A DNA stretch of 63,986 bases, counting the filler, from Stramenopiles sp. TOSAG23-6 (Eukaryota): assembly GCA_900128565.1 (NCBI GenBank). It is 6 parts of 6 records of this genome, joined end to end, with 100 filler letters (N's around TTAATTAATTAA, not from the genome) between each part and the next. Parts side by side here need not be neighbours in the genome. Positions count along the whole stretch, not along the records: positions 32,145 to 42,742 come from LT636302.1; positions 42,843 to 53,433 come from LT636303.1; 4 more parts are not named here. One strand, given 5' to 3'. The notes beneath the pieces are model-generated. The model was not told where the DNA came from. It saw only the letters and a list, made by a program, of their open reading frames with translations, and searched no databases. Below, piece by piece: positions 34,674 to 46,115 of the stretch (position 1 is its first letter; every line of letters starts with the position of its first letter). A program made the position numbers and the translations under genes.

Positions 34674-36462
34674 ATGAGGGCTGTTGCATCCATTGAAAGG
34701 GGCAGTCCAAGAAAGTATGAAGCATATGGTAATTTAGGATCTCATACTGTTAATTTCTCACAGCAGCATAATTATAGTAGTGGAATAGGTCAACCATATA
34801 ATCCTTCAGAAAGTCAAGTTGGTCATTTCCCACAACAGCAGCTTTATTATGGTCATAGTCTTCCACAGGTACATAATTATAATAGTGGGATGGCTCAAGT
34901 ATACAATCCTGTTGGAACGAATGCTGGACATTTTCAACAGCCATGTGTAAATAGTGGATTTGGTCAAATATATAATACTTTGGAATCTCATACATTCGAG
35001 GTCCAACCATCGAAACAGCAGCAGCCATATTTTACAAATACCTTGCAACCAACGTATCCTAGTACTTCAGGAATGAATGCTATGGGTTCTTCACAGCAAC
35101 CACTACAAATTCATACTGGTTTCAATCCAAGTGGTTCTGTACAGCATCAGCAACATTTTAATAGAAGAGTAGGCGACGTATATAGTTCTTTAGATGCTCC
35201 ATCTTCTGTTGGTCAATTCCCACAAGATCGGCAAGTGTCTGGAGAGCCAAATAGAATTCCAGTGGGTACTGGTTTACAGTATATTCGTCATCAAAGACGA
35301 TCTGCTCGATTGAGAGTTAGTGTAGAAGATTTTGGCGGAGGATTGGGTGAGTGTATGAAACCTCCTCGTCAGGATAAGCTTCAGATAGAAAAGCAAAATG
35401 GGANNNNNNNNNNNNNNNNNNNNNNNNNNNNNNNNNNNNNNNNNNNNNNNNNNNNNNNNNNNNNNNNNNNNNNNNNNNNNNNNNNNNNNNNNNNNNNNNN
35501 NNNNNNNNNNNNNNNNNNNNNNNNNNNNNNNNNNNNNNNNNNNNNNNNNNNNNNNNNNNNNNNNNNNNNNNNNNNNNNNNNNNNNNCAGTTAATTGATAA
35601 TGTTGAAAATAATACACAAATACATCCACCATTGCAAATACAACAGAATAAATCACAAATACAACAAAATAAATCACAAATACATCCACCATTACAAATA
35701 CATCAAAATAAATCACAAATACATCCACCATTACAAATACAACAAAATAAATCACAAATACAACAAATAAATAGTTTTCATATAAATTCAAAATTTCAAA
35801 AAGATCAAAATGTATTTTGTAAATGGGGAGATGAATGGTTTGAAGCAGATATAGTACATGTATCTACAGTAAAAAAAGGTCAAAATACACATAAAAATAA
35901 TAAAAATAATGATAAATTTGTCTATACTGTTGCTTGGAAAGAGGGAGGTGAAAATTCAACAATTACAGAATCAAATATAAGTATTGATTGTCCAAAACAG
36001 CCTTCTTCTCCTAAAGCTCCATCTCCGACAGTACTTCGTGCAATTGTTGCATCATCACTTCGAAAAGGAACAAATGAGACACGAAAAAGAAAAGATGAGT
36101 CACGAAAAAGAAAAGATGAGACAGATGAAACTGAAGTGGAGAAACTTCGTCGAAGAATTCATCATTTAGAAGCAAATGAAAAGGCACGATTAAAACTAAA
36201 AGTACAAAAAAATCATCATGTAGAAGCAAATGAATTAAAACTAAAACTACAAAATAAACAATATGTAAAAAGTAGCCCAAATGAGAATGATACAATTCAA
36301 ACAAAATCAAAGAAAAAAACAAAGAAAATTCGAACAAAATCAAAGAAAAATCGTACTCAAGACTGTAGAGCCAAACGTATTGCAGAATTACGTAAACAAG
36401 CTGCAGGAGATGCAAATGATATTGATGTGAAAATGTTAGACAAACGACGAGCTAGACGATAA
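34674..36462 (+). CDS. Q/P-rich protein with Tudor-like domain (N gap inside; 3' end abuts a half intron)
   Basis: ORFs on both sides of the gap; QIHPPLQIQQNKS repeats; VFCKWGDEWFEADIV...YTVAW. Confidence 0.6.
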
Positions 36463-36505
36463 CAAATTTTAGTTTTTTTTTTTGAAATATTTTTCCAAAA
36501 TACAT

Positions 36506-38078
36506 TTTCATTTGTAGATGTTTTCGTGAGAGTTCGACCACTTTTACCACATGAAGAAGATAAAAAGGAATGGAATGCAGTAAGTACTGGACGTGCAGGA
36601 ATTGTGCTTCATGATGCTCGAATGCATGCTGATATGAAACGTAAATTTATGCAACATCGTCATTTTCTCAGTTTTCAGAGAGTGTTTGGTCCTCAGGATG
36701 ATAATAATACAGTGTATTCAGCTACAGCTAAACCATTAGTGAATACTGTTGCATTTGCTGATGGTCGATGTGCAACAGCTTTTATGTTTGTTTTCATCAT
36801 TCATTTTTTTTTTTTTTTTTTTTGTAAAACTCTTTTATTGTAACCCTAACCAAAAAGTACTATAAAAATAAAAAATAATACTATTAATACTAACTATTGT
36901 CATATTTAATAATGAAACAAAAAACAATATTTCTTTACAATACATGTTTGGTCAAACGGGTAGTGGTAAAACATTTACAATGAATGCAATATATGGTCGT
37001 GCAGCAAGAGATTTATTTGCAACTCTTGATGAAAACTTTTCAAATAGTTCCACTAGTCATCCTATAGTGACGGTTTCTTTAGTTGAAATACTTGCGTATT
37101 TTTTTATATTTTACATTCAGTATATGTATGATATTCGTTATAACAAATACTAATGATGCTAATAATATACTCTCTTTATCAATCACATATTGTACCACAA
37201 TATAGAGGACAAGTATTTGATCTTTTATCAGAGGAAGGAAATTATGCTCCTCCATTGCGTGTATTGGAAGATGGTTCAGGTAAAACACAATTAGTAGGTG
37301 CAATGGAAGTTGTTGTGGAATCTGCTGAAGATTTAATAAGAAATTTAGAAAGTGCAATGGCATCACGTGCTACAGCTGCAACAGGTGTACACGAACACAG
37401 TAGTCGTTCTCATGCTATCTTTCGAATAACTTTAAAAGATTCAGTAACTGAAGAATTTCGTGGAATGCTAATGTTTGTAGATTTAGCAGGTTCTGAAAGA
37501 AATGCTGATTCATGGGCACATAATGCAGCAAGACGTAAAGAATGTATACAAATTAATGTTAGTTTAAGTGCATTGAAAGAGTGTATTCGAAAACGTGCAT
37601 TAGGAGCATCACATGCTCCATTTAGAAATAGTGTTCTTACACGTATTTTAAAAACGTCTCTTTTAGATTCATCAAGTTCTACTGTAGTGATTGCAACCAT
37701 ATCACCCACAGCGACAGATACAGAACATTCACATAATACACTTCGACATGCTTGCTTAATGGCAGGTCAAAAAGCAGAATTTGGTAAAGATGCAGCCATG
37801 TATCTTTTTATTTTTTTTTTAAACAAAAAAATCGAATTTATTTTTTTTTCATACGAAATTTTGTACCTAACAATTTTTTTTAGATTTTTTTACGGTTTAC
37901 AATCTGAAATTACAGGTGGAGCTGGAGGAGAAATTTGTATACAAGTTGATGTTAAAGATGTTGCTGTTGCTAAATTACAAGCTCGTATGAAAGCTTGTAC
38001 GTTTTTCATTGTGAATTTTGTTCTTCATATTTTCTCAAAAAAAAAAAAAAAAAAAAAAATTAAAATTTTTTTTTTATT

Positions 38079-38116
<38 letters not shown>

Positions 38117-38501
38117 CATTATATTTTTTGCAGTATATTTTTCACAAAATATTTTTATACCTAACAAATTTTGAATTTTTTTTTTCATATTTTTCCAAAA
38201 TACATGTACACTTCCAAGAACGTGGAGCAAAAAAGATGCCAAAATGTGGTGGAGAAAAACAGCTAATTATGTAACAACACGATTAAGACTCATTCCATCA
38301 ACTATAGAAGCTCCTCCTGCATCACTTGATGGTCGTGCATTGACAAGAATGGGTCGTCCTAGATTTGTTGCTCTTTGTAATAATAATGAATCTGCTGCGA
38401 CTGAAATGATGAGAAAACTAATGCATGCTACTGATGAAGCTACAGCATTAAGAAGAAAAAAGTCTGTAGATATTAGAGCAAGAAAGAAAAATATGTTTTA
38501 A
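36506..38501 (+). CDS. Kinesin motor protein (kinesin-13-like), multi-exon, 5' part missing
   Basis: VFVRVRPL, AFM-FGQTGSGKT, SSRSHAI, VDLAGSER, INVSLSALKECIR, PFRNSVLTRILK, HSHNTLRHA. Confidence 0.92.
36786..36945 (+). other. GT-AT intron (phase 2)
   Basis: TTT AT|GTTTGTTTTC...ACAATACAT|G TTT GGT CAA restores the P-loop ATAFMFGQTGSGKT. Confidence 0.88.
37096..37205 (+). other. Class-2 intron (GTATTTT donor), GT-AG
   Basis: CTT GC|GTATTTT...ACATATTGTACCACAATATAG|A GGA restores VEILAGQVFDLL. Confidence 0.8.
37997..38205 (+). other. GT-AT intron (phase 1)
   Basis: GCT T|GTACGTTTT...AAAATACAT|GT ACA joins in frame to ORF 38244-38501. Confidence 0.8.
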
Positions 38502-38879
38502 AAATTAGAAAGAAAAATGAAAAAAAAATATGTTTTAGAAAGAGAAAAAAATTTTAAAAAAAATATGTTTTAAAAATGAAAAAAAAATATGTTTTAAAAA
38601 GAGAGAAAAATATGTTACACAAGAAGAAAAAAGTCTGTAGATAGTAAGAAAAACATATTTTAAAATTTGAATGATTCAATATAAAGTAAACAATTGTAAA
38701 ACAAAAAACAATATTTTTTCTATTTGATAAACTTTTTATTAAGACATCATATTAACGATACTGGAAAATATCCAATCTTTATAAAAATGTAGAACTCAAA
38801 TAGTATGATTTTTTTAGATCAGTTTTCTCGATCTTAATACTGCCATTGAAATTCAAAAGGCTTATAAAAGTTTTAACGT

Positions 38880-40043
38880 TTAAAAGTCACAATCTAAAGA
38901 AAATAAGTTCTCTTCCGCAGCAACTCCAACTCCAGCTTTAGAATACTCACCAACACGTTTTTCAAAAAAGTTTGTTTTTCCTTGTAAAGAAATAAGATTC
39001 ATCCATTCAAATGGATTTTTCGTATTATAAACTTTATCACACCCAAGCTGGTAGATAAGACGATCAGCACAGAATTCAATGTATTGGCACATTAATGTAG
39101 AATTCATTCCAATAAGTTCTACTGGTAAAGCATCACTGACAAATCTCTTTTCTTGATCAACAGCTGATACAATGATCTCGGTAACACGAGATTTTGGAAG
39201 TTTATTTACAAGCTGGTTATACACGAGACATGCAAAGTCGCAGTGTAAACCTTCATCGCGTGAAATTAATTCATTCGAGAAAGTGAGTCCTGGCATCAAA
39301 CCTCGTTTTTTTAACCAAAAAATACTGCAAAATGAACCAGAGAAGAAAATTCCTTCTACAGCAGCGAACGCTACAAGTCGTTCAGCAAAAGACGCGTATT
39401 GTTTGTCAGTCCATTGAAGAGCCCATGCAGCCTTCTCTTTAACGCAAGGGACAGTTTCGATTGCGTTTAACAAGTGATTTTTCTCGGCTTTCTCAGTAAT
39501 TAACGTGTCAATAAGAAGAGAATACACTTCCGAATGAATGTTTTCAATAGCAATTTGAAAACCATAAAAGCATCGCGCTTCAGCACATTGCATGTCTTCC
39601 ATGAAATTGGTTGCCAAGTTTTCGTTTACAATTCCATCACTTGCAGCAAAGAACGCGAGAATGTGAGAAATGAAGTGACGTTCGTCCGATGAGAGTTTTT
39701 CGTAGTCCCTTGTGTCACTCGCAAGGTCGAGCTCTTCAGCCGTCCAAAAGGAGGCCTCAGCTTTCTTATACATTTCCCAAATGTCAGAATGAACGATTGG
39801 AAAGAGAACAAATCGGTTCTTACTCTCAATGCACAATGGCTCTGGAAGCAACTCACCTGCGAGTTCGCGCTTTCGGAAATCAGTCACCTCAGGTGCTGGT
39901 GGATCGGGTACTCTTTCCCACTGCGCAGCATCAGTCCACTTTTTAACAGTTACCTTCTTTACTGGTGCGGCATCCACATTTTTGGGTACTGCGTTTTCCT
40001 TGTTCAAGGTTACGCGATTAATTTGATGGGTAATATCGTTCAT
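38880..40043 (-). CDS. RRM2: Ribonucleotide reductase small subunit, intronless
   Basis: [65 protein letters not shown]. Confidence 0.98.
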   Translation of the reverse strand: MNDITHQINRVTLNKENAVPKNVDAAPVKKVTVKKWTDAAQWERVPDPPAPEVTDFRKRELAGELLPEPLCIESKNRFVLFPIVHSDIWEMYKKAEASFWTAEELDLASDTRDYEKLSSDERHFISHILAFFAASDGIVNENLATNFMEDMQCAEARCFYGFQIAIENIHSEVYSLLIDTLITEKAEKNHLLNAIETVPCVKEKAAWALQWTDKQYASFAERLVAFAAVEGIFFSGSFCSIFWLKKRGLMPGLTFSNELISRDEGLHCDFACLVYNQLVNKLPKSRVTEIIVSAVDQEKRFVSDALPVELIGMNSTLMCQYIEFCADRLIYQLGCDKVYNTKNPFEWMNLISLQGKTNFFEKRVGEYSKAGVGVAAEENLFSLDCDF

Positions 40044-40273
40044 TGTAGAGATAATAAAATGATGATGATGTTTTTCTGTTCTGTTGCGAGGAGGAAGAGA
40101 GTAAAGAGAACACAACTTGAAGAAGAACACATCAAAAATATTTTTTTTTGAGCGAACAAAAAAAACGAATTTTAAATTTATATTTTTCTTATTTCGTGTT
40201 TTATTGAAATTGACAAATTTAATTTATTGAAAGTGCATATATAAATTATAATATTCAAAGTGAAAAGCACATA

Positions 40274-42742
40274 CTAAGTAGCAGTAAAAATTCTCCCACG
40301 CGGTAAAGTATTTGCCTTTTCATTCAATGCAGCTTTCTCTTCATTTTCGATTTTTTTGAATATTTCTCTTGTTTTTGCAAGCGCTTTAGATGCGGATAAA
40401 AATGCAGCTGCAGCAACAGTTGCTGCTTCTAATATTCTGGATTTAATGAATTGATCCTGCTCTTTCATATACTTTATCTGGCACATTCTCATCTTCTTGC
40501 GCTTTTGGTTTTGTATTTTAGCTGCTTGGAACATTTTTTGTTTACCCCATCCTGAGAATGATCTGGGGAGATTATTATGACTTGCCTCTTCAAGTATGTA
40601 TTGTGAAAAATATTTTCTTTTTTTGATGTAACAAAAAAAAAGTTAGGTATGGAATTTGGTACAAAAACAAAAATTAATGGATGAAAACAAAAACAAAAAT
40701 CAATAGATGAAAACAAAAACAAAAATCAATGGATGAAAATGTACATTTTTTCTTGTCGTTGAATTGCAACAAGTGCTGATTTTGAATCAAATAAAGCAGC
40801 TGTACAGAAAGCTCGGCGATGAATTAGTGAATGTTTTGATTCCCATCGAACAGTATCTATTTTATTTGTATTACTATTGCTATTGCTATTGATTAGTCTC
40901 TTTTTTCTTTTATTTCTCCACCACTGAAGACAGTTAAATGATTCTGTTCTGCTTATTGCATTGATACCATCGTGACCTCCAATAACAATTGAATGACCAT
41001 CTCTACAAACAGATGTACAACCATATCGACGTTTTGTCATATTTGGTAAAGGCCACCATTTATATTCCCAATCCCAGAAGACATTTCCTTCTTCATTTCT
41101 ATAACAATTACCTTTACACTCAAGCGCCTCTGCAGTCGCTAAACAATGACCTTGACAATCATATCCCCCTGAAACTATTATAACGACTGTACGACTCTTT
41201 TCATTTGGAGAGGGTGGGTCGTGTGGTAAGCAGTTGGTATAACTTTTAAATTTTAGATCTTGCTGTTTTCTATTGTGTGATTTATTATTTACCTCGTCAA
41301 TATTTTCATCATCATCCCCTTCATCGTCATCATCATCATCATCAGCAGCATCATCATCATCAGCATCATCATCATCATCATCACTACTTATATAATCAAT
41401 ACTATCATTGTATGTACAATCATCGCCATCAAACCAACGGTGAACGACAGTACATGATGCACCAATACCTGTACGTGGTGTTGGTAATGCAGGTAGAGAT
41501 TTCCAAGAACATCCATCAAACATTTCAACTTCTTTAAGTGCTCGGTCATCGTTTGACCCACCAATCACAATAATTGTTGAACCAATACTCACACATGCTG
41601 CACCACGTCTAGGAGTTGGCATTGGAGGTAAAGACCGCCAATTTGATTGTCCTACACAGAAACATTCAACAGTATTTGTTACCTGGATCCCATCAAACCC
41701 TCCGGCAACTATAATAACAGGACGCTTCTTTTCAGATGACTCTACTTCTTTCTTTTTTGATTTATTTCCAAGTAAAGATGACTCATCCGACATTTCAGAA
41801 ATATCACTTTGTGTATTTTTGTACAAACTATTTTCTGTATTTTCTTCTGGCCACTCCACATACGGGGGTAATACTCCAATGACAGCATGCTCTCGAGAGT
41901 GAATCATTCTTGGCATTTCTAACCAACCACCACCATTGAATGTCTCAACAAAGGGAACAGGTCTACTTTTTCCAGGCGTATTTTTTTGTCTTTCAGATGT
42001 GTTGTTTTGAATTTCAGACATAGTTTGGTGTTCCGAGTGAATCGAATCAGAGTCGGAAGATTCGCTATCTGGTCCCTCTCCATCACCAGTTGATCCTCCA
42101 GCAACAATCAAAATTCCATCGGTAACAATGGCGACACAACCAGTGTGAGGGTGTGCTGTGGGTGTTGCTCGTTGCCATTGCTTCCCATCAAATGATTCTG
42201 TAGAGAAACTATCACTATCACCACCTCCAGCAACAATAATACATCCTTCTCCAGAAGATTTCATCGGCGATACACCAGGGGTTGCTGATGACCTTGAGCC
42301 TTGGAATCCCTCAATAGTTGATGCCACTACCGTAAAACTGTACTCTACTCCCTCAAATAAACCAGGAACGGTCGCATTACATACAGGTGGCGATGGCTTC
42401 TTCACTGTAATTGTGACACATCCAGCTCGAATTTGTGAAATTGGAACATTCGAACGACATTTACCACTGACAAAAACAACACAATAACTATTATTTTCGA
42501 TATTGTATTCATCGATTCTTGCCTTGACCCAAACATCTCTTGTATATAAGGCCTCGATATTCCTCCCACGCGGAATAATGAAAGTTGCAGGTAATGCACC
42601 TCCATGAAGTGGTTGTGCAGTGACAGCAAAACTATCTACATAAGATCCATCTTGCGCCCGAATACCTCCTTTACAAGTCCAAGAAACACGTGCCGCGCGC
42701 CATCCACCTGAAGCCTTTACATTCTCAATAGATGGCACTTCT
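40274..42742 (-). CDS. FN3 plus kelch-repeat protein with acidic insert; exons 42742-40745 and 40595-40274; 5' end missing
   Basis: VPGLFEGVEYSFTV FN3 motif; repeated IIVAGG..VE..W..LPPMPTPR kelch blades. Confidence 0.85.
40596..40744 (-). other. GT-AT intron (phase 2) with internal ~25-bp tandem repeat
   Basis: AAA AT|GTACATTTTC...ACAATACAT|A CTT joins in frame to ORF 40274-40534. Confidence 0.83.
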
Positions 42743-42842
42743 NNNNNNNNNNNNNNNNNNNNNNNNNNNNNNNNNNNNNNNNNNNNTTAATTAATTAANN
42801 NNNNNNNNNNNNNNNNNNNNNNNNNNNNNNNNNNNNNNNNNN
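42743..42842. other. Artificial contig linker
   Basis: N-TTAATTAATTAA-N, 100 nt. Confidence 0.97.
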
Positions 42843-43061
42843 AAACTTTTTTCCAGCATGAAAATTTACCGTAGTTTTTTTTTTTCAATCATTTTTTTTT
42901 TTTTTTTTTTGTACAACATTTTTTTTTTTGTAAAACATTTTTTTTTTGTAAAACAATTTTATACCAGACGATTATTTTCGATTATTTTCGATTATTTTCG
43001 ATTGTTTTCGATTGTTGTATTGTACTAAATACAAAATGTTTTTCATTTGTTCACAATACAG

Positions 43062-44643
43062 ATTATGTTCAACTTGTTGTAAACATCGAACCACGCCAAC
43101 TTGTGCTTGGTCTACTTGTAACTTGCGCTTATTTGATGGTTTCTATAGTCATAAAAATGAAAAATATTGTAAACAACATTATATAGAATTGACGTGTCCA
43201 AAATGTTCTCAATGTAAATTACCAATAAGTGATACGGTAATAAAAGCACTAAATAAAACGTGGCATAAAGAATGCTTCAAGTGCGTTGTTTGTCAGTGTA
43301 TATTATCAAATAGTAAATTTGGTGGAAAATATAGAGAACATAATTCTCAACCATATTGTGAAAAAGATTGGTTACATCTTCATGCACCTCGATGTGATGT
43401 ATGTCAAAGTGGGATGAAACACTGGACAGTTCATTGTGCATTGACGTCAAAAATAAAAGGAAATGATGTAAAGGCATTGAATTCAAATTCTAGTACGTTT
43501 TGATGATGATTTTTTTTACTATATTTTTTTACTATGGTTTATTATGATGTACTATGGTTTATTATGGTTTATTATGATGTACTATGGTTTATTATAGTTT
43601 ACTATGATTTATTATGATGAACAATTATATATAATATATACCCAATATACCTACTGTAATAACGTAATATACATAATGTTTACAAAGAAAAAACAATTTT
43701 TTTTCACATATTTCTTTACAATACATCAAAGAGTTTAGACAATCATCAGCGTGTATGTGATTCATGTATCTTGAAGTATCCTCCATGTTTCTCTTGTCAT
43801 TCATATGATAAAAGTTCAGTTGATTATAATGATGGACGTGTTATATGTTTATATTGTCATAGTTCTGCAGTGTTTCAACAAAATGACTGTGAAATTNTGA
43901 TGAAAAGAGTAAGAAAATGCTTTCGTGACTTGGGACTAGTTGCATTCACTCAAGATCCACAATTTATAAATTTAACAGCAAAATTATATGATCGATCTAG
44001 TATGATGGAACTTGCAACTCATTCAAGTTGTATTAAACATGGATGTGGAATGAAAGCTCCACTTGGCGTTACGGTGTCTCAAGTAGAAATTTGTACATCA
44101 TATACAACATATACTAATCCTAGCTCAAATGTACATGTACGTTTTCAAAATTGAATTTCAAATTTATTTATTTTTCGTACGAAATTTCGTACCTAACAAT
44201 TTTTCAACAAAAAAAAATATTTTTTCACAATGTATGGACATTTACGTAGAAAACAAATTGATTCAATTGATGAAAAACGATCAGTACAATGTATTGCACT
44301 TCTTCGAGGTCTACCAAAAATTCATTTATCAACTGTTTTGGCGCATGAATTAGGACATGCTTACCTCACTTTAAAAGGATTTCCAAAAATGAACAAAATT
44401 ATAGAAGAAGGTTTTTGTGAACTTTTTGCATTTTTGTGGTTATCAAATGGTAATGCATCAACAACAAATGAAGCATTATTTAGAATACATTTAATGATTG
44501 AAAATAAAGATGTAACATATGGAAAAGGCTTTCGGATTGCACTAGAAACATTTCAGAAATATACAAGACAAAAAGGCAGTACATTTGAAGCATTACAGTA
44601 TATTCTAAAATATTTGTATAGATTTTCAAATTGGCCAAACTGA
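43062..44643 (+). CDS. DA1-like LIM-domain zinc peptidase; exons 43062-43492, 43727-44136, 44236-44643
   Basis: LIM (C..C..WHKECFKC..C..YC), DGRVICLYC, LRGLP...VLAHELGHAYL, EEGFCEL, YGKGFR. Confidence 0.88.
43493..43726 (+). other. GT-AT intron (phase 1) expanded by simple repeats
   Basis: TCT A|GTACGTTTT...ACAATACAT|CA AAG in frame; an in-phase TAG at 43738 is an alternative. Confidence 0.72.
44137..44235 (+). other. GT-AT intron (phase 0)
   Basis: GTA CAT|GTACGTTTTC...CAATGTAT|GGA CAT; contains the perfect palindrome GTACGAAATTTCGTAC. Confidence 0.83.
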
Positions 44644-44875
44644 AAATGATAAAAAGATGATAAAAAACATGATAATATACGTGTTTAGACTTATAAATTG
44701 ACTATACAGTATGGAAAATAATAAATTAATGAAATGATGGACTTAAAAAAACATTCAATTTGTATAAAAAAAAATACTTTTTTTTTTCAAAATTAAGAAN
44801 GATCGGTATTTTTAAACCATTATCAAATACTATTTATATACATAACATTTCACACTGGCTACAACAATAAGAAAA

Positions 44876-44949
44876 GCCCGACTAGCTCAGTTGGCTAGAG
44901 CGAAGCCCTTATGAGGCTTAGGTCGTCGGTTCAAGTCCGTCGTTGGGCA
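44876..44949 (+). tRNA. tRNA-Ile(TAT), intronless
   Basis: GCCCGAC/GTTGGGC acceptor stem, AAGCC-CTTATGA-GGCTT anticodon arm, GGTTCAAGTC, downstream T-run. Confidence 0.92.
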
Positions 44950-44985
44950 ATGATTTCTTTTTTTTTTCCCTCAATTCATCTATAG

Positions 44986-44994
44986 TACCGGGTA
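44986..44994 (+). promoter_or_regulatory. TACCGGGTA candidate promoter motif (representative copy)
   Basis: Also at 31526, 34115 (minus) and 34545, each about 95-190 nt upstream of an ATG. Confidence 0.5.
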
Positions 44995-45088
44995 TCAAAA
45001 ATTATCTCGAGTCGAACGAACGAAAACACGCGTTCTTTCTTTCACCACCACACACGAACAACAACTCATCTCTTTTATATTTCGCACA

Positions 45089-45796
45089 ATGGCTGATGAG
45101 CGCCCGCGGAAGCGTTCAAAACATCGTGCTTCTCGTGATTCTGACTATGGTCTAGTTGGATATTCACGTCCGACTGGAGACGTGGTTGCCGAGTCCCAGG
45201 GTAAAGCAAATGGAAACTATGACTATACAAGTAATCATACGCAGAATAAACATGTATTTAGTTCAAATTCACGAGGAAAGACAACGACACCTAAAGTGGT
45301 AAAAGGTCCTACGTTGTTTAGCATCAACGATGATGCGTCAAAAACAGCAAAAACAACTAGTACAGTTCCTATCTCTCGAGACAATTCTGCGACAACGATA
45401 CAAGATTTTATCGATGACCCCAACAGAATGTCTTGGGACGAATTCAAAAACCTCCATAAAGATAAGTTAGATTTTAGTGGCTCCCAGCAGATGGAGGAAT
45501 ATAGAAGATTATTGGATGCAGATCGTGAATCAAGAATGAAAAACATGAACAAAGCTAAAAAGAAACAGAAAAAGTCTAAAAAACATAAAAAGGACAAAAA
45601 AGACAAGAAGGAAAGAAAACGAGAGAAAAAGGATAAAAAAGAGAGGAAAAAACACAAAAAGAAACGAAAGAAGAAACGTAAACAAAGAAAAGAGACATCA
45701 TCTAGTAGTGATAGTAGTGATACAGACTCAAGTGGACCGGTGAAATTAAGTGAGTTTTTTGGCGGTGTTGCACCCACAGGTAATTCATTCATTTAG
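45089..45796 (+). CDS. FAM133-like Lys-rich protein
   Basis: TIQDFIDDPNRMSWDEFK, MEEYRRLLDADRE, K-rich tract, PVKLSEFF. Confidence 0.75.
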   Translation: MADERPRKRSKHRASRDSDYGLVGYSRPTGDVVAESQGKANGNYDYTSNHTQNKHVFSSNSRGKTTTPKVVKGPTLFSINDDASKTAKTTSTVPISRDNSATTIQDFIDDPNRMSWDEFKNLHKDKLDFSGSQQMEEYRRLLDADRESRMKNMNKAKKKQKKSKKHKKDKKDKKERKREKKDKKERKKHKKKRKKKRKQRKETSSSSDSSDTDSSGPVKLSEFFGGVAPTGNSFI

Positions 45797-46115
45797 AAAA
45801 CATTTAGAAAACATTTAGAAAAAAAAAATTAATTCAAATTTATTATAAGTAGTAGCACCACCCACTAGTAATTTATTCATTTAAGTTTATATATATTAAT
45901 GTATGTAAATAAATATCAAATAATTCTAATTTATCAACCTATATAATTTCACTAATGTTATCTCTTGGCTTGGTCATATCCTACTTGGTGAGAAATTTTA
46001 TTTTTTTCGTGTCAATTTTGAGATTAATTTGCAGCATTTGCTATTGATTGCTATAAATATGCGACACTAACTCTAACTACTTCTACGTAGGATTAATACT
46101 CGGCCAACCGACACG

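Noticed and set aside
38880-40043. RNR small subunit as a viral insertion
   Set aside because: Typical cellular eukaryotic N-terminal extension and no viral hallmark genes nearby
44876-44949. tRNA-Ile(TAT) lacking an intron and with G37 as an anomaly
   Set aside because: Intronless versions of this type occur in other eukaryotes; not distinctive
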